A program made the translations under genes and the position numbers. The notes beneath the pieces were generated by a model. That model was not told the DNA's origin. It did not search any database and was given only the letters and a program-made list of their open reading frames with translations. A stretch of 32,000 bases of DNA, taken from Candidatus Saccharimonadota bacterium. GTDB taxonomy: Bacteria > Pseudomonadota > Gammaproteobacteria > Enterobacterales > Enterobacteriaceae. Location of the stretch: assembly GCF_012562765.1 (NCBI RefSeq), contig NZ_CP046226.1, forward strand, positions 120,001 through 152,000. Direction: 5' to 3'. Of this stretch, positions 30,345 through 32,000 are shown in pieces; the first letter of the stretch is position 1, and every line of letters begins with the position of its first letter.

Positions 30345-31286
30345 ATGATAAAACATTTACCAGTTATGTTAAAAGAATCTATTGATAGTTTAAATATAAA
30401 AAAAAATGGAATTTATATAGATGCTACATATGGATGTGGAGGACATACAAAATTAATTTTGTCTAAATTAGGAAATAAAGGACGTATTTATGCAATAGAT
30501 TGTGATATAAAAACAATATTAATTAATAAAATTTTAGATAAAAGAATAATATATATAAATGAAAAATTTTCTAATTTAATAAATATTTTAGATACTCAAG
30601 TTTTAGGTAAAATAGATGGAATATTATTTGATTTAGGATTTTCATCTTTTCAATTAAATGATCCTAAAAGAGGTTTTTCTTTTATGTTTGATGGTCCATT
30701 AGATATGCGTTTTGATCAGAATCATGGAATAACTGCTACTGAATGGATTAAACAAGTTAGTAAAAATAAATTAGCTTATGTACTAAAAAAATATGGAGAA
30801 GAAAAATTTGCTAATAAAATAGCATGTAATATTAAAAAATACATTATAAAAAATAAATTAGACAAAACTAGTCATTTAAATAAATTAATATTTTCTATAA
30901 CATATAAATTAAAAAAAAATAAAAAAATATTTAAACATCCTGCAACAAGAACTTTTCAAGCTATAAGAATTTTTATTAATAAAGAATTAGAAGAATTAAA
31001 AAAAGCTTTATTTAATTCATTAAATATATTAAAAAAAGGAGGTATAATATCTGTAATTAGTTTTCATTCATTAGAAGATCGTATTGTAAAAAGATTTATG
31101 AAAACACATACTACAAATAATGATAAATATCATACTCGTATACCATTAACTGAAAAAGAAATAAATATTTTATCTAAAAAAGATTATAAATTAAAAATAA
31201 TTAATAGAATATTTCCTAGTTCTAAAGAAATTTATAATAATCCAAGATCAAGAAGTGCAATATTACGTGTAGGAAAAAAAATATAA
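30345..31286 (+). CDS. rsmH: 16S rRNA (cytosine1402-N4)-methyltransferase RsmH (MraW)
   Basis: It is 313 aa, as in E. coli. HLPVML.E, the SAM site DATYGCGGH, D.G.SS.QL.DP.RGFSF...GPLDMR, FKHPATRTFQAIRIF.N.ELEEL, ISFHSLEDRIVKRFM and NPRSRSA.LR match. It is followed by murE. Confidence 0.93.
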   Translation: MIKHLPVMLKESIDSLNIKKNGIYIDATYGCGGHTKLILSKLGNKGRIYAIDCDIKTILINKILDKRIIYINEKFSNLINILDTQVLGKIDGILFDLGFSSFQLNDPKRGFSFMFDGPLDMRFDQNHGITATEWIKQVSKNKLAYVLKKYGEEKFANKIACNIKKYIIKNKLDKTSHLNKLIFSITYKLKKNKKIFKHPATRTFQAIRIFINKELEELKKALFNSLNILKKGGIISVISFHSLEDRIVKRFMKTHTTNNDKYHTRIPLTEKEINILSKKDYKLKIINRIFPSSKEIYNNPRSRSAILRVGKKI

Positions 31287-31342
31287 ATAATTTAATTGTA
31301 TTAAATATTTTAATAAATATTTGAATTTTATAAGGTTAACTA

Positions 31343-32000
31343 TTGACTAGTTATAGATTAAATTTATCAGAATTATTAAATAATTTTATATATGATCATA
31401 AAATATCTAATATTATTATTAATAGAATAGTTTTAGATAGTCGTAAAATTAAAGGTCATCATTGTTTATTTTTAGCTATTAAAGGTTCTAAAGTAGATGG
31501 TAAAATTTTTATAGATGATGCTATTAAAAAAGGAGCTATTGCTATTATAACTTATAGTGAAAATAATATTTATCCATATAATATTATTTATAAAAATAAT
31601 ATTCCTATAATTACTTTACCTAATTTACAAGAACAAATTTCTTTTTTTGCTGGAAAATTATATAATAATCCTAGTCATAAAATACCTGTAATTGGAGTTA
31701 CAGGAACTAATGGGAAAACAAGTATTACTCATTTTTTAATGCAATGGATTAATTTATTAGGAAAAAAAGCAGCAATTTGTAGTACATTAGGTAATGGTTT
31801 TGATAAAAATTTAATAACTACTAATAATACAACAGATTCTGCTATTGATATTCAATATTTATTAAAAAATTTTGTAGAACAAAAAGCAGATATAGCTATT
31901 ATAGAAATATCTTCTCATGGTTTAAAACAATTTAGAGTATCTAATTTAAAATTTTCAGCAGGAATTTTTACAAATTTAAGTAGAGACCATTTAGATTATC
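31343..32000 (+). CDS. murE: UDP-N-acetylmuramoyl-L-alanyl-D-glutamate--2,6-diaminopimelate ligase, 5' part (continues beyond the window); inferred TTG start
   Basis: I translated the frame by hand: (M)TSYRLNLSELL...LDSRKIKGHHCLFLAIKGSKVDG...VIGVTGTNGKTS...EISSHGL.Q.RV..LKFSAGIFTNLSRDHLDY. This matches E. coli MurE (LDSR, GVTGTNGKTT, EVSSHGL, FTNLSRDHLDYHG). In-frame stops at 31331 and 31337 leave TTG at 31343 as the only plausible start. An AAGG Shine-Dalgarno sequence at 31332-31335 lies 7 nt upstream. The first in-frame ATG is more than 130 codons downstream. Confidence 0.85.
   Translation, partial: MTSYRLNLSELLNNFIYDHKISNIIINRIVLDSRKIKGHHCLFLAIKGSKVDGKIFIDDAIKKGAIAIITYSENNIYPYNIIYKNNIPIITLPNLQEQISFFAGKLYNNPSHKIPVIGVTGTNGKTSITHFLMQWINLLGKKAAICSTLGNGFDKNLITTNNTTDSAIDIQYLLKNFVEQKADIAIIEISSHGLKQFRVSNLKFSAGIFTNLSRDHLDY

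Noticed and set aside
1-32000. Alternative genetic code, mobile elements, CRISPR arrays, defence or toxin systems
   Set aside because: TGA functions as a stop (hisF) and Trp is encoded by TGG. There are no transposase, integrase or phage-like ORFs, no direct-repeat arrays, and no unassigned ORFs of 100 aa or more. All coding capacity is accounted for by conserved housekeeping genes.

Overview
This window is extremely AT-rich (by eye well under 25% G+C, not computed), gene-dense and repeat-poor. It looks like the reduced genome of an Enterobacterales-derived obligate insect endosymbiont (Buchnera-like); the exact taxon cannot be assigned from the sequence alone. Every ORF of 100 aa or more has a clear E. 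coli housekeeping ortholog. The order is: pheT (3' end), ihfA, ribE, tyrS (+); tRNA-Val, mdtK (-); grxD (+); rnt, tsaB (-); hslV, hslU (+); a complete his operon hisG, hisD::hisC, hisB, hisH, hisA, hisF, hisIE (-); rnhA (-); dnaQ, tRNA-Asp (+); mscS, fbaA, pgk, tkt (-); metK (+); gyrA, mutS (-); rsmH, murE 5' part (+). Several E. coli microsynteny blocks survive with internal deletions: pheT-ihfA, ribE/mdtK/tRNA-Val, rnhA-dnaQ-tRNA-Asp, and mscS-fbaA-pgk-tkt-metK. The genetic code is standard: TGA is the hisF stop in the ATGA hisF/hisI overlap, and Trp is TGG. I see no mobile elements, CRISPR arrays, prophage, toxin-antitoxin or defence genes, and no orphan ORFs, so I do not see a novel multi-gene system here. 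The observations most worth a second look are these. (1) hisD and hisC form one continuous 804-codon ORF. (2) The dcw cluster head is truncated: rsmH runs directly into a TTG-initiated murE, with no ftsL or ftsI between them and no mraZ upstream. (3) Two long perfect AT-only palindromes sit at gene 3' ends (855-889 and 17955-17991). (4) MutS lacks the C-terminal domain and has Asn in place of a conserved ATPase-region His. (5) Two large gene-free spacers (660 bp and 538 bp) are almost free of G+C.
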